From: Myxococcota bacterium | Lineage (GTDB): Bacteria; Myxococcota_A; UBA796; CAJQPC01 | Assembly (NCBI GenBank): GCA_036012755.1 | Contig: DASCPX010000087.1 | Coordinates: 32,702 to 96,701, forward strand | DNA: 64,000 nucleotides | Reading direction: 5' to 3' | Notes under the pieces: model-generated | Databases searched by the model: none | The model's input: the letters and a program-made list of their open reading frames with translations, nothing else | What the model was told of the DNA's origin: nothing | Shown here: positions 10,208 to 20,484 of the stretch, piece after piece | How the letters are laid out: each line of letters opens with the position of its first letter | Position numbering within the stretch: the stretch's first letter is position 1 | Program-made: the position numbers and the translations under genes

Positions 10208-10801
10208 TCATCGCTCGCCCATCCAGTGAACCAGCGCCACCACGTCCACCCCGAGGCCTGACTGGGCATACTTGGTCCCAGAGAAGCCCACGCTACATCC
10301 ATCGGATTCCACGCAGAAGAAGGTCTCACCATCGCGGGGGTAGCCGACACGGAAGACGACAAAAGCGAACTCGTGGGCCAGCCCGACCTCTGCCAGGATT
10401 GCAGGCACCCATACGGTAGGGGTCATGTACGCGATGTCGTCCGGGTCCTGAGACCCCCACCGCCTGTGGAGGCGGTAGAGGGTGGCGTCCACCCCCAGTG
10501 CGAGCCACGTTGAGTCCAGGAAGCGATCGTCGCCACGCCAGAAGCGCGACTGCAGGGCCAAGGCACCCCCCACGGCCTCTGCGCTGCCGCCGTAGAAGCT
10601 CCCATTCCAGCCAGAGATGGCCAGGCTCGGTCCGATCGAGAGGCGCTCAGAGACGGAAACCAGCACCGCCCCGCCAGCCGTCGCCTGCACGCCCGTCGAC
10701 CAGTACAGCGTCCCGTAGGTTGGGCCAGCGTCGACACTTGGCGCCACGTAGACCCCTCCGGCGAGCGAGACGGCTGTCCCCAGGCCCAGGATCAAGAACA
10801 T
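10208..10801 (-). CDS. Hypothetical exported beta-strand-rich protein
   Basis: Short hydrophobic N-terminus, alternating Gly/aromatic beta-strand pattern; start overlaps the end of the upstream ORF. Confidence 0.55.
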   Translation of the reverse strand: MFLILGLGTAVSLAGGVYVAPSVDAGPTYGTLYWSTGVQATAGGAVLVSVSERLSIGPSLAISGWNGSFYGGSAEAVGGALALQSRFWRGDDRFLDSTWLALGVDATLYRLHRRWGSQDPDDIAYMTPTVWVPAILAEVGLAHEFAFVVFRVGYPRDGETFFCVESDGCSVGFSGTKYAQSGLGVDVVALVHWMGER

Positions 10802-12779
10802 GCATCACCCGAGTCACAGGTGGTGTCCTTGGTGTCGTTCCAGCACCGCCACCTGAACTGCCGGCGCGCCACGCCGCCGAGGTCGGCGATGTCCTCTTCG
10901 ATGCGCCTGACCTTGCGCAGGTGACGCCTGTCCAGGCGTTCGATCTTGGCATTCCTCCTGGCGATGCGTCGCTGGATCCGGTTGTGGGCCCAGCTCCCGG
11001 GCTCCTCGTCCGAGAGACCGTCCCGCAGCTCCTCGCGCTCGGCGACGAGCTCGTCCCTCTTCAGCGTGTGCGCCGCTCGCAGCTCTTCCAGCTCCGCCTC
11101 GAGCGCGGCCTGGTCCGAGGCGGAGACCGGGAAGCTCGCCCACCACCGGAGCTCGGGATCTCCGGAGCCCCAGCCCGTGATCTCCCACTCCAGCTTCGCC
11201 TTCTCGTCCGACCTGACCGGGTCGCAGTTCGACGCAATGGACACCGAGCCCTCGAAGAGCAGCTGCTCGGGGTGCTTGACCCCCGGCGCCAGGGTCGGAA
11301 AGGCGGCGTCGAAGTCCTGGCCGAGGCGCTGCCACCAGGTGCTCGATGTCTTCTCCTGTCCGCAGCCCGACGGGCAATGCTCGGAGACGCGCGCACGCCA
11401 CTCCCAGATCTTCTCCACGTGCGTCTCGGAGTTGCCTCCGTAGTAGCCCACCCGTGACTCGCCGAAGACGTGACCGAGCTCGTGGACCAGGGTCTTGCCC
11501 GGCCGCCCCAGGCAGCCGAGGAAGGCCCCGTAGTAGCGCCTCGCCTTGGCGAGCTGGTGGTCGAAGCCGGAGACGCCGTCGATCGTCAGGGCCTCCAGCT
11601 CAGTCTGGAGGACCGCGGCGACCATGGTGAGGAGGCGGGCAGCCTGGTAGCACTTCACCGCGCCGATGATGTAGGGGCGACCAGGGCAGGACCCAGCCGG
11701 ACCAGCGTGGGTGCGGGCGGAACGGGGGAGGGCATCTTTGTGCTCCCTCGCTTTCCGAAGAAGTTCTTCTCGCTCGCGAGCCCCAGCTCCCCGACTGGAT
11801 CGAGGTAGGTCCTGGAAGGCGTCCAGCTCAAGCTCGAGAGGTCGAAGTCCCCGACGAAGGGGACCGGGTACGCCGCTGTCCCGTTCAGGTAGGCGCCGAT
11901 CCGCCCCACCGCGTCCCGCTGGCCGATGGCGACGATCAGGGACGGAGCCACGGTGCCGCTGAGGCGCCAGTCCCAGTGCTTGCGCCGGATCTTGCGGGCG
12001 GGGCCCCCCTTTCGGCGGGAGCGAATCTCGACGGGGGCCAGGTCGATCGTGGCGTGGACCAGGCTCAGGAGCTCGGACAGGAACCAGGTGACCGGGTCCT
12101 GAAGCCAGAACGCCGGCACGGTCCAGCGCCACGCGCCGTCTTCATCATCCAAGCTCCGGGTCACCCGCGCGATGGGATCCGTGTCCAGCTGGACGCCGTT
12201 GTTGACGATGGCGTCGAAGGCCGCCACCGGGAGGCAAGGCGTTGAGTCCCACCGAGACCTCGGGATCCGGGATCTCCATCGGGGCTGCGAACTCCTCCAT
12301 CAACTCGAGCCAGTCCACCGCCCCGTCCGGGTCGGCGAGGCAGAAGGAGAACCCCCTCGTCGCGCGCTCGCCGCCAGATGAGGTGGGTGCAGCCAGTCCG
12401 AGCCCCAGTCCGGGTACCGGCGTTCGCGCGACGGCGGGTGCCGCTGGCGCATCGCATGGGGGCGCGCCGCCCCGAAGCGGACCGTCTGGAGGTCGATCTG
12501 AGGGTCGATCTCTGGAGCGAACTGTGGAAGCGTGGGCTCGGGCGATGCGTCCAGGAGCCACATCCCCCCGTTGAACCCGCTGCCGTGGCGTTTCGCGCAC
12601 ACGTCGAAGGTGAGGCGCACGGTCGTGTCCGGGCCGAGGTTCTCGATCCGGATCTCCACGCCGACGTCCCCCGGTGTCGGACCCGACCAGAGATCTTCCC
12701 GCGTGACGATCCCGAGCGGAATGGGGACATTCACCTGGTCGAGGGAGTCGAAGCCCGCATCCACGATGGTCTTGGCCAT
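10792..12779 (-). pseudogene. Apparently frameshifted large gene with HExxH (zincin-like) motif
   Basis: Protein-like segments continue across four successive ORF segments (MAKTIVDAG.. from 12779; ..FCLADPDGAVDW..; VAAFDAIVNNG.. from 12227; ..YIIGAVKC..HELGH.. to stop at 10792). HELGH is at 11484-11470. Confidence 0.5.
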
Positions 12780-13162
12780 GCTGCGACCGACCGGAAAGTG
12801 GTGTCGGTTTCGACCGTCACCGACTCCGTGCCGAGACCGCACACGAGCAGGAGCTCGAGCTGCCGGGCGGCGCCCGCGGGGGGAGGAGGCCAGATGACGC
12901 CGTGGACGCCCGTGGTCGCGATGGTGATGACCGGAGTGCCGAGCGGATCGATCCGCTCCAGCATCGTCGCCAGCGCCCCCTCGTGGCGGTAGACCTCGAT
13001 CGTGATGTTCGTGCCGATCGTCTCCACGGCGACGTAGTCCTTCGACTCGTCCGCGGCCGCGATCTCGGTGATCAGCGTCGGGTCGGTGAACAGGCTCTCG
13101 TTCGTTCCCGCGGTGATGCTCTTGGTGACCTTGTTGACCGTCTTCCTCACCCATGCCGGCAT
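12731..13162 (-). CDS. Hypothetical protein
   Basis: ATG at 13162 after GGAGG; MPAWVRKTVNKVTKSITAG... is natural-looking and beta-rich. Confidence 0.6.
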   Translation of the reverse strand: MPAWVRKTVNKVTKSITAGTNESLFTDPTLITEIAAADESKDYVAVETIGTNITIEVYRHEGALATMLERIDPLGTPVITIATTGVHGVIWPPPPAGAARQLELLLVCGLGTESVTVETDTTFRSVAAWPRPSWMRASTPSTR

Positions 13163-13373
13163 GACGCCTCCGTGGTTCGAGCCACCTTCCGGTGACCGCT
13201 GTGGTTGTCGCCCGAGTCCCCGGCCACCCCCTACGGCAGCCCCCACGACTCAGCAGGGACAGCCTACTGCGCCCCCCCCCCTAGTGTGCAACAGAGAATC
13301 TCACTTCTTGATGTCACGCGCTCCGCCGCGGTCCGCCTACCCCAGCCTCCGGGCAAGCCACGGACGAGTAGAC

Positions 13374-14108
13374 CTACTCATACTTCGCGACCGCCGCGTC
13401 CATGTACTCGGGGACGTGGCCGCTCCAGTTGTCCTTCAGCACGAGCCCGCGGTCGTAGACCAGGTAGGCGGGGATGCCCTGAATGTAGCCCTCGTCGTAG
13501 AGGGACTCGTAGACCCCCTCCTCTTCGAGCACGACCGGGAAGCTCAGGCCGTGGGCCTCGGCCCACTCGCCGAGAAAGGCGACGTCGGCGTCGTTCTCGT
13601 ACCAGTTCTCGGTCATGAGGTGCATGAGCAGGACGCCGTCGTCCTTGTGCTCGAGGTAGAAGGGCTCGGCTACGCTGGCGGACTGGTTGCAGGGCCCGCA
13701 CCAGCCCGCGGAGATGTCGACGATCACGACCATCCCGTAGAACTGGTGGAACTGGAGCGTCTCTCCGAACTGGTCGGTCATGGTCCAGCTCGGGGGCACC
13801 TTGCCCTTGCGCCAGCCCTCCGCCTCCAGACCATCCGCTTCGGCCCTGGCGAGGCACTGTGGCCAGCCACTGGGCACGCTCCAGCAGGCCTGCGGGTCGC
13901 TGCCGGCGGTCTCCTCTTCGACATCGGTGAAGCCGTCGCCGTCGAAGTCCTCGTCCGAGATCGGCCCCGTGTCCGAGCTGTCCACTGCGGAGTCGGAGTC
14001 TTCGAGGGTGCTGTCGTCCGCGGAGCCCCCGCCGGGGCCCCTGCTGCCGTCACCGCCGCCCGCGAAGCCCTCGTGAGGGGCCAGGCAAGCGGCGAGGACG
14101 AAGGTCAC
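13374..14108 (-). CDS. Thioredoxin-fold (TlpA/redoxin-like) lipoprotein
   Basis: VDISAGWCGPC, DQFGE, QGIP cis-Pro motif; LAAC lipobox; one DFDGDG repeat; GTGA overlap with the upstream stop. Confidence 0.8.
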   Translation of the reverse strand: MTFVLAACLAPHEGFAGGGDGSRGPGGGSADDSTLEDSDSAVDSSDTGPISDEDFDGDGFTDVEEETAGSDPQACWSVPSGWPQCLARAEADGLEAEGWRKGKVPPSWTMTDQFGETLQFHQFYGMVVIVDISAGWCGPCNQSASVAEPFYLEHKDDGVLLMHLMTENWYENDADVAFLGEWAEAHGLSFPVVLEEEGVYESLYDEGYIQGIPAYLVYDRGLVLKDNWSGHVPEYMDAAVAKYE

Positions 14109-14950
14109 TCGCCGCTGTAGAGGGCGTCGACCTTGTCGAGAGTCTTGGTGTAGTCCGTGAAGCTGGCGCGGCTGACGGTCATGTCGTCGTCGAGCATGAA
14201 CAGGGTCGGCCAGGCATAGGTCACGTAGGTGCCCGAGACGTTGCCGTCGTCAGCCAACACAGCGATGTGCTCGTCTGGGTAGTCCTCTGCCCACGAGGCG
14301 ACGGTGTTCTCGGTGGGCAGACCGCCGTTGTCCTTCTGTCCGATGACAGTGACCCAGTAGACGTCGCCGTTCTCGACCGCAGCCGGCACGTTCGGCCAGT
14401 AGCTTCCGAACCCGCTGCTGTCAGGGCCGCCTGCGATCCAGGAGGCCATGGCGCGGCAGGGACCGCACCAGGTGGCGCTGATGTCGATGACGATCGGCAC
14501 GCCGTGTCCGGCGTAGTCGTAGATGTCGACGACGTCGCCGTACTGGTCCAGGAACTGGAAGCGCGGGACCTGGGCGTCCTTTTCGGCCACGGCGTCTGAC
14601 CACGCAACGTCGCCGTAGCTGTCCTTGTCCGGCTGGTAGGGCCAGCCACCGATGTAGATCACCGAGTCCGCGTTGGCGGGGTCGGTGCCCTCGTCGACCT
14701 CCCATCCATCGAGGTAGCCGTCGCCGTCGCTGTCGTCCGAGTTCGGGTCGGTCCCCAGATCCCACTCGGTGCCGTCATCCAGCCCGTCGCCGTCGCTGTC
14801 GACGTTGTTGGGGTCCGAACCCCAGGCGATCTCGTCCTCGTCCGTGATGCCATCGCCGTCAGTGTCGACTGGCTCGTCGTCCTTGTCCGGGCCAGGGATG
14901 CACGCGACGAGGGCGATGAGGACCGGGACGGTCAGGAGCGTGGTGCGCAT
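14105..14950 (-). CDS. Thioredoxin-fold (TlpA-like) lipoprotein with DxDGDG Ca-binding-type repeats
   Basis: LVAC lipobox; DTDGDGI, DSDGDGL, DSDGDGY repeats; IDISATWCGPC; AWPT. Confidence 0.85.
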   Translation of the reverse strand: MRTTLLTVPVLIALVACIPGPDKDDEPVDTDGDGITDEDEIAWGSDPNNVDSDGDGLDDGTEWDLGTDPNSDDSDGDGYLDGWEVDEGTDPANADSVIYIGGWPYQPDKDSYGDVAWSDAVAEKDAQVPRFQFLDQYGDVVDIYDYAGHGVPIVIDISATWCGPCRAMASWIAGGPDSSGFGSYWPNVPAAVENGDVYWVTVIGQKDNGGLPTENTVASWAEDYPDEHIAVLADDGNVSGTYVTYAWPTLFMLDDDMTVSRASFTDYTKTLDKVDALYSGE

Positions 14951-15118
14951 TGGGGGCCTCGGAGACGGGGTTTCGATGCGTCCCCCTTATAGAGAACGCG
15001 GCGAGGGGGCGATGCAAATGGGGCCGTCAAGCTTTCGACAACTGCCGCGACACTCTACTCGGAAAACCAGGGACCTCGCGAACGGTCTCGGGTGTTAGGA
15101 GCCAGCCTCGGAGAAGCA

Positions 15119-15748
15119 ATGTCCCTTCTTATCCTGAACCTGGCCCTCGCCGGCGACGCCGACAAGGCGCACCCCCACCAGGGTGTCATCTCGCCCTTCG
15201 TCGGCGAGCCCCCCGCCGCGAAGCTGACCGAGACCGACCTCCAGACCCTCGCGGCCAACAAGGCGGTGAAGAAACAGGTGAAGGTCGGCGACAGCGGCGG
15301 ACGAGGGGTGGCCATCATGGACATCCACGCGCCGACCGACGTCGTGTGGTCGAAGATCCGCGACTACGACAGCTACCCCAGCTGGGTCGAGAACCTCAAC
15401 ACCTGCGAGGTCTACAAGGAAGACGGAGCCGCCCTGTTCGTCTACTTCAAGGCCTCTGTCCTCGGCATCCCGGCAGAGTGGTGGATCGAGCACGACTACC
15501 AGCCGGGCAAGGGCTACGTCACCTGGACCCTGGACTACTCCAAGCAGTCGGATCTCGACGACTCGGTGGGCTACTGGCGGGTGACCGAGATCAGCGCGGA
15601 TCCGCCCGTCACGCGGGTCGAGTACAGCGTCAACATCCAGCTCTCCGGCTGGGTCCCCTCCGCGTTGGAGGACATGCTCGCCGACAAGGGGCTCACGGTC
15701 GCCACCAGCTGGGTCAAGGCCCAGGCCGAGAAGGAGCACGGCGGGTAG
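15119..15748 (+). CDS. Exported SRPBCC (polyketide cyclase/Coq10-like) protein
   Basis: DIHAPTDVVWSKIRDYDSYPSWV...GYWRV...TRVEY pattern; short signal peptide. Confidence 0.8.
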   Translation: MSLLILNLALAGDADKAHPHQGVISPFVGEPPAAKLTETDLQTLAANKAVKKQVKVGDSGGRGVAIMDIHAPTDVVWSKIRDYDSYPSWVENLNTCEVYKEDGAALFVYFKASVLGIPAEWWIEHDYQPGKGYVTWTLDYSKQSDLDDSVGYWRVTEISADPPVTRVEYSVNIQLSGWVPSALEDMLADKGLTVATSWVKAQAEKEHGG

Positions 15749-15751
15749 ACC

Positions 15752-17500
15752 GTGCTTCGCAGGACCTTCCTGAAGCTCGCAGGGGCGGTCGGCCTGACCT
15801 CCTCTGCTGCTGTGCGCGCCGCCGAGGGGCGCCCACGTGTGCTGGTCGTAGGGGCAGGCCCAGCCGGGATCTCCTGTGCCACCGAGCTTGCCGAGCGAGG
15901 GGTCGAGGTCGTCGTCCTCGAGGCCGACGGGCAGGCTGGAGGCAAGTGGAAGGGCTGGACAGAGGACCTCGACGGCGAGGTCGTCGACGTCGAACACGGT
16001 GTCCACGGGCTCTGGCACCAGTACGTGCACCTCACGGACCTGCTCGAGCGCGCCGGTCTGGACGGGACGCTGCGGGAACCGGAGAGCTGCGGAGCCCTTC
16101 GCGACCCCGGCGGCGAGCTGAGCGACCTGACCTGGGCCGGGCGTCGGGGGCTGGTGGCGGAGCTCGCGAGCCGCGCGAAGGCCCTGGGCTACGAGCACTG
16201 GCGCCTGGACCTGGGCCGAGCGCTGCGAGCCCAGAGGCGCCTCACCACCGCGATCCGCGATGAACTCGGCGCCGTGAGCCTGCGCGAGCACCTCGACTCG
16301 GGGAAGGCCACGCTCTCGATCTGGCGAGTCTGGGAGGAGATGTTCGCTCGCTCCAGGTACTTCGTCGGACCAGGAGACCTCGACGCCAGCGAGTGGCTCC
16401 TCGGCAGTCGCTTCTACGACACCGGCGGCCGCCACAACCACATGGTGCGCTGGCTCCACGGAAACCCCGGACCGGAGCTCTGGCGTCACCTCGTCGCTCG
16501 ACTGGAGAGCCTTGGCGGGGAGCTCCGGCTGGGACAGAAGGTCTCCGAGATCGTCGTCAGCGGCGGGCGCGCGGCGGGTGTGCGGGTCGGAGATCCCCTC
16601 CCCGGCTTCCACATCGAGACCGTGCCGGAGGGCTGGACGCGCCTGTACCGGGGGCCAGGTGCCCCGCCCATCTTCATCGAGAGGGCCGGCGACCGGTATC
16701 GGGCGTTCTCTGGCCGCTGCACCCACGCCCGCTGTCACCTCACCCTCGGTGAAGAGGGCTTCGAGTGCTCCTGCCACGGCGGGCGCTTCGACTTCGACGG
16801 ACAGCCTGTCTCCGGCCCGCCGACGGAGTCGCTGCAAGAGCTCTTCGTGGATGTCGGAAACGACGGCCTCCACGTCGAAGGGGAGCCCCCGAGCGAGGTG
16901 ATCCCAGCCGACTTCGTCGTGCTCTGTGTCGACGCGCCGGCGCTGGTCCAGCTGGCCGGCAAGCTCATCCCGCGCCTCGAGGGCCTGAGGGCCTGCCGCG
17001 CGACGGCGGCCCGCTTCTGGCTCGATACGGACGTCTCTGTCGAGGCGGCGCCAGTCGCCCTCTGCAGGGACGTGTCCCACCTCGACACGGTCTTGTTGGT
17101 CCACCGGCTCCAGGACTCGGCGATGGCCTGGGCCGCGAAGACCGGCGGCAGCGTCATCGAGGTCCGGGCGACGAGGGAGTTGCCGACAGGGGACAGGGAG
17201 CGGATCCTCGACGCCCTCGAGGCCGACCTCCGCATGCTCTACCCAAGGCTGTCCCGCGCGAAGGTCCTCAAGCGCACCCTGACGGACAGCCAGTCCTTCA
17301 CCCACTTCGCCCCCGGGTGGTTCGAGCACGCCCCGGATGTAGAGACCGAGCTTCCAGGGCTCCTTGTCGCCGGAGACCACGTCCGGGTGGACCGCAACTG
17401 CCAGCTCTCCGAGCGGGCCGTCTACACCGGACGCCTCGCGGCCAACGTAGTGCTCCGCGCACACGACTTCTCGGCGGCGCCGATACTGGAGGAGCGATGA
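15752..17500 (+). CDS. Tat-signal FAD-dependent oxidoreductase with inserted Rieske [2Fe-2S] domain (CrtU/amine-oxidase family-like)
   Basis: MLRRTFLK Tat motif; VVGAGPAG..LEA..GGK, EHGVHG; Rieske CTHARC...CSCHGGRF; C-terminal AGDHV..ERAV.TG..AAN. Confidence 0.8.
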   Translation: MLRRTFLKLAGAVGLTSSAAVRAAEGRPRVLVVGAGPAGISCATELAERGVEVVVLEADGQAGGKWKGWTEDLDGEVVDVEHGVHGLWHQYVHLTDLLERAGLDGTLREPESCGALRDPGGELSDLTWAGRRGLVAELASRAKALGYEHWRLDLGRALRAQRRLTTAIRDELGAVSLREHLDSGKATLSIWRVWEEMFARSRYFVGPGDLDASEWLLGSRFYDTGGRHNHMVRWLHGNPGPELWRHLVARLESLGGELRLGQKVSEIVVSGGRAAGVRVGDPLPGFHIETVPEGWTRLYRGPGAPPIFIERAGDRYRAFSGRCTHARCHLTLGEEGFECSCHGGRFDFDGQPVSGPPTESLQELFVDVGNDGLHVEGEPPSEVIPADFVVLCVDAPALVQLAGKLIPRLEGLRACRATAARFWLDTDVSVEAAPVALCRDVSHLDTVLLVHRLQDSAMAWAAKTGGSVIEVRATRELPTGDRERILDALEADLRMLYPRLSRAKVLKRTLTDSQSFTHFAPGWFEHAPDVETELPGLLVAGDHVRVDRNCQLSERAVYTGRLAANVVLRAHDFSAAPILEER

Positions 17501-18501
17501 ACGACCTGTTGCTGCGCGCGCTCGCGGGAGAAGAGGTCGAGCGCCCCCCCGTCTGGTTCATGCGCCAGGCCGGCCGGTACCTGCCCGAGTACCACGTGAC
17601 CCGCGCCGAGGCGGGCTCCTTCCTTGGGCTCTGTCGGGACGACGGGCTGGCCGCCGAGGTCACGCTGCAGCCCCTGCGCCGCTTCGCACTCGATGCCTCC
17701 ATCGTCTTCAACGACATCCTCGTCCCCCCCGCCGCGATGGGCATGGAGCTCGACTTCGTGGCGGGCAAGGGGCCAGTGTTCGCCTCGCCGATCCGCAGCC
17801 CAGAGGACCTGGACCGGCTCACGGCGCCCAGCTCCGAGCAGGATCACGTGCTGCGAACGATCCGGCGCCTGGTCGCCCAGCTCGAGGTGCCCCTGCACGG
17901 CTTCGCGGGCGCGCCCTACACCCTGGCCGCCTACATGATCGAGGGTCAGGGGAGCAGGAACTTCGAGCACGTCAAGACCTTCGCGCTGAACCACCCCCGG
18001 GCCTTCGCGGGACTCCTGGACACCCTGGCGGATGTCTGCGGTGACTACCTGGTCATGCAGGTCGAGGCCGGCTGCGCGGCCGTGCAGCTCTTCGACACCT
18101 GGGCCGGGAACCTCTCGAGCGAGGCCTGGTCGAGGTGGGCGATGCCGGCAGCGAGGAAGGCGCTGGCAAAGGTCGAGGGCGTGCCGCGGCTCTACTTCAC
18201 GCGCAACATCGCGCCGATCCTCCAGCGGGTCCGCGACGTCGAGGCCGACGCCTACGCCATCGACTTCCACATCGACATCGCAGACGCTCGCGCCGTGCTC
18301 GGCGAGGTACCGGTGATGGGCAACCTCGACCCGATCTGGCTGGGGGCGCCCCCGGAGACGCTCCGGGCCGAGGTCCACCGCATCATCCGAGCCGCCGGCC
18401 CGCGGGGCCATGTCTTCAACCTCGGCCACGGCGTCATCCCGACCTCGCCGATCTCGGGTGTGGAGACGATGGTCGCTGCGGTGCGCGAGTGGCGCTGGTG
18501 A
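17497..18501 (+). CDS. hemE: Uroporphyrinogen decarboxylase
   Basis: PVWFMRQAGRYLPEY, FNDILV, GFAGAPYTLA, QLFDTWAG, FNLGHG; ATGA overlap with the upstream gene. Confidence 0.96.
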   Translation: MNDLLLRALAGEEVERPPVWFMRQAGRYLPEYHVTRAEAGSFLGLCRDDGLAAEVTLQPLRRFALDASIVFNDILVPPAAMGMELDFVAGKGPVFASPIRSPEDLDRLTAPSSEQDHVLRTIRRLVAQLEVPLHGFAGAPYTLAAYMIEGQGSRNFEHVKTFALNHPRAFAGLLDTLADVCGDYLVMQVEAGCAAVQLFDTWAGNLSSEAWSRWAMPAARKALAKVEGVPRLYFTRNIAPILQRVRDVEADAYAIDFHIDIADARAVLGEVPVMGNLDPIWLGAPPETLRAEVHRIIRAAGPRGHVFNLGHGVIPTSPISGVETMVAAVREWRW

Positions 18502-19436
18502 AGACCCAGGTCTGGCTGCTCAACATGGGGGGGCCGGACTCGCTGGAGAGCATCCAGCCCTTCCTGCGAAACCTGCTGGCGGACCCGCACATCGTCCGGA
18601 TGCCCTGGTGGCTCGGCTTCTGGTTCCAGCCCCTGTTCGCAGAGCTCGTCAGCCGCAAGCGCGCGGCGGCGGTCCGCGCTTCCTACGCCTCGATGGGCGG
18701 GGCCTCGCCACAGCTGGAGATCGTCAGGGAGCAGGCTCGCGCGCTGCAGGCCACCCTCGGCCAGTCCTACGAGGTCGTCCCGGTCTTCCGCTACTGGGGA
18801 CAAGGGGCTCGGGAGGCAGCCGCTACCTTGGAGCCCGGACAGCCAGTGGTGCTCTTGTCCCTCTACCCCCACGACAGCGACACGACGGTGGGCTCGTCGA
18901 TGGAGGATGCCAGGCGGTTCCTGGGAGATCGACCCGTCGTCGAGATCCCCTCCTACCCGGACTTCGAGCCCTACATCGCGGCGCTCGTCGATGGCATCGG
19001 CGCCGTCGAGCCCACGGAGACCCTGGTGTTCTCTGCCCACGGTCTGCCCACCGCGTACATCGAGGCCGGTGACCCCTACCTCGACCACGTCCAGCGCACG
19101 GTCGCGGCCGTGATGCGCCACCACCCCGGCGTCCCGCATGTCCTCTGCTTCCAGTCCCGAGTCGGGCGCAAGCAGTGGCTGGAGCCCTCAGCGATCGACA
19201 CCCTGCGTCAGCTGACCGGGGCGGTGGTCGTCGTCCCTGTCAGCTTCACCTCCGACCACATCGAGACCATCGTGGAGATCGGCGAGGAGCTTCGGGACCT
19301 GGCGCGTGATGCGGGGGTCACCTCGTTCCGCCGTGTAGACGCCCCGAACACCCACCCTGCCTTCATCGAGGCGCTCGCCGTGCTCGTGCGCCAAAACGTA
19401 GACCAATCCACGATTCCGAGATCAGAGGGGCGATAG
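18498..19436 (+). CDS. hemH: Ferrochelatase
   Basis: LLNMGGP, YASMGGASP, LYPH, FSAHGLP, GDPY, FQSRVG..WLEP, SFTSDHIET; GTGA overlap with hemE. Confidence 0.94.
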   Translation: MKTQVWLLNMGGPDSLESIQPFLRNLLADPHIVRMPWWLGFWFQPLFAELVSRKRAAAVRASYASMGGASPQLEIVREQARALQATLGQSYEVVPVFRYWGQGAREAAATLEPGQPVVLLSLYPHDSDTTVGSSMEDARRFLGDRPVVEIPSYPDFEPYIAALVDGIGAVEPTETLVFSAHGLPTAYIEAGDPYLDHVQRTVAAVMRHHPGVPHVLCFQSRVGRKQWLEPSAIDTLRQLTGAVVVVPVSFTSDHIETIVEIGEELRDLARDAGVTSFRRVDAPNTHPAFIEALAVLVRQNVDQSTIPRSEGR

Positions 19437-19494
19437 GGCCGAAAAACCCTGGCATGGACCTTGCGATGGAGAGAGGCACCACACGGAGCCCCTC

Positions 19495-20466
19495 ATGCTT
19501 CTCTTCGCCATCGCATGCGCCAACACCCCCGAAGTCATCGACTCCCCTGCCGCCGCAGAGGTCTTCACCTGCCCGGTCGAGGCGCGCTTCTGGAGCCCCG
19601 AGCCCAGCATCGAGGCCTGCGTCGACTCCGACGGCGAGCTCCACGGCCCCTGGCAGCGCTGGGATGGTGACGTCGTCGTCGCCGAGACCGCCTGGAGTCA
19701 CGGCCAGCAGGATGGCCTCTACACCTCTCGCCACAGCGACGGATCGACCAAGGTCGTCGGCCGCCACGTCACTGGAGACAAGGACGGTCTCTGGACCGCG
19801 CGTCGCACCGACGGCCTGCCCGACTGGGAGGAGCGCTACGACGCCGGCGACCTGCAGTGGCGCACCGAGTACGGCGTCGACGGCGAGCTCAAGAGCGAGG
19901 TCCACTTCGCCGAGGGTCAGCGCCACGGGGTGGCGACCTGGTACTACAGCGACGGGACGCCGCGGAACCGCCTGATGTTCGATGACGGCGCCCGCTCCGG
20001 CCCCGCCATCAGCTGGCATCCGGACGGCAGCATGAAGAACATGGGCGCCTACGACCGCGATCGGCGTGACGGCACCTGGTTCACCTGGTCCTCTACCGGT
20101 GAGCTGATCAGCGAGGAGTCCTGGACTCGGGGCGAGCTGGTCTCCGTGCAGGGCGTCACCGACGCCGACGCCCTCTGCCCCTCTGGCACCGCCATGGTCA
20201 TCGAGGAGCACGACGCCGGCGCAGTCGAGGTCTGCGAGACCCCCGCCGGGATCCGCCACGGACCGACCACCGCCCGCTACACCGACGGCGCGCTCCGGCG
20301 CGTGGGCTCATACGCCGGCGGTCTCCCGACCGGCGAGTGGATGACCTGGTGTCCCGACGGGCTGCCCGCCAGCCGCGGGACCTTCGTCGACGGTCGTCGG
20401 AGCGGCGAGTGGACCACCTGGTCCTGCGCCACCGGTGAGCTCCTGCGGGTCGAGAACGTCACCTGA
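19495..20466 (+). CDS. MORN-variant (YwqK-like) repeat lipoprotein
   Basis: Repeated G..HG.W..YY.DG / G.RDG.W..W units; AIAC lipobox. Confidence 0.8.
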   Translation: MLLFAIACANTPEVIDSPAAAEVFTCPVEARFWSPEPSIEACVDSDGELHGPWQRWDGDVVVAETAWSHGQQDGLYTSRHSDGSTKVVGRHVTGDKDGLWTARRTDGLPDWEERYDAGDLQWRTEYGVDGELKSEVHFAEGQRHGVATWYYSDGTPRNRLMFDDGARSGPAISWHPDGSMKNMGAYDRDRRDGTWFTWSSTGELISEESWTRGELVSVQGVTDADALCPSGTAMVIEEHDAGAVEVCETPAGIRHGPTTARYTDGALRRVGSYAGGLPTGEWMTWCPDGLPASRGTFVDGRRSGEWTTWSCATGELLRVENVT

Positions 20467-20484
20467 GCCGGATATCGACGCGGC

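Noticed and set aside
19495..20466. YwqK-like protein as an antitoxin of a toxin-antitoxin pair
   Set aside because: No adjacent toxin; MORN-variant repeat proteins are widespread outside TA loci.
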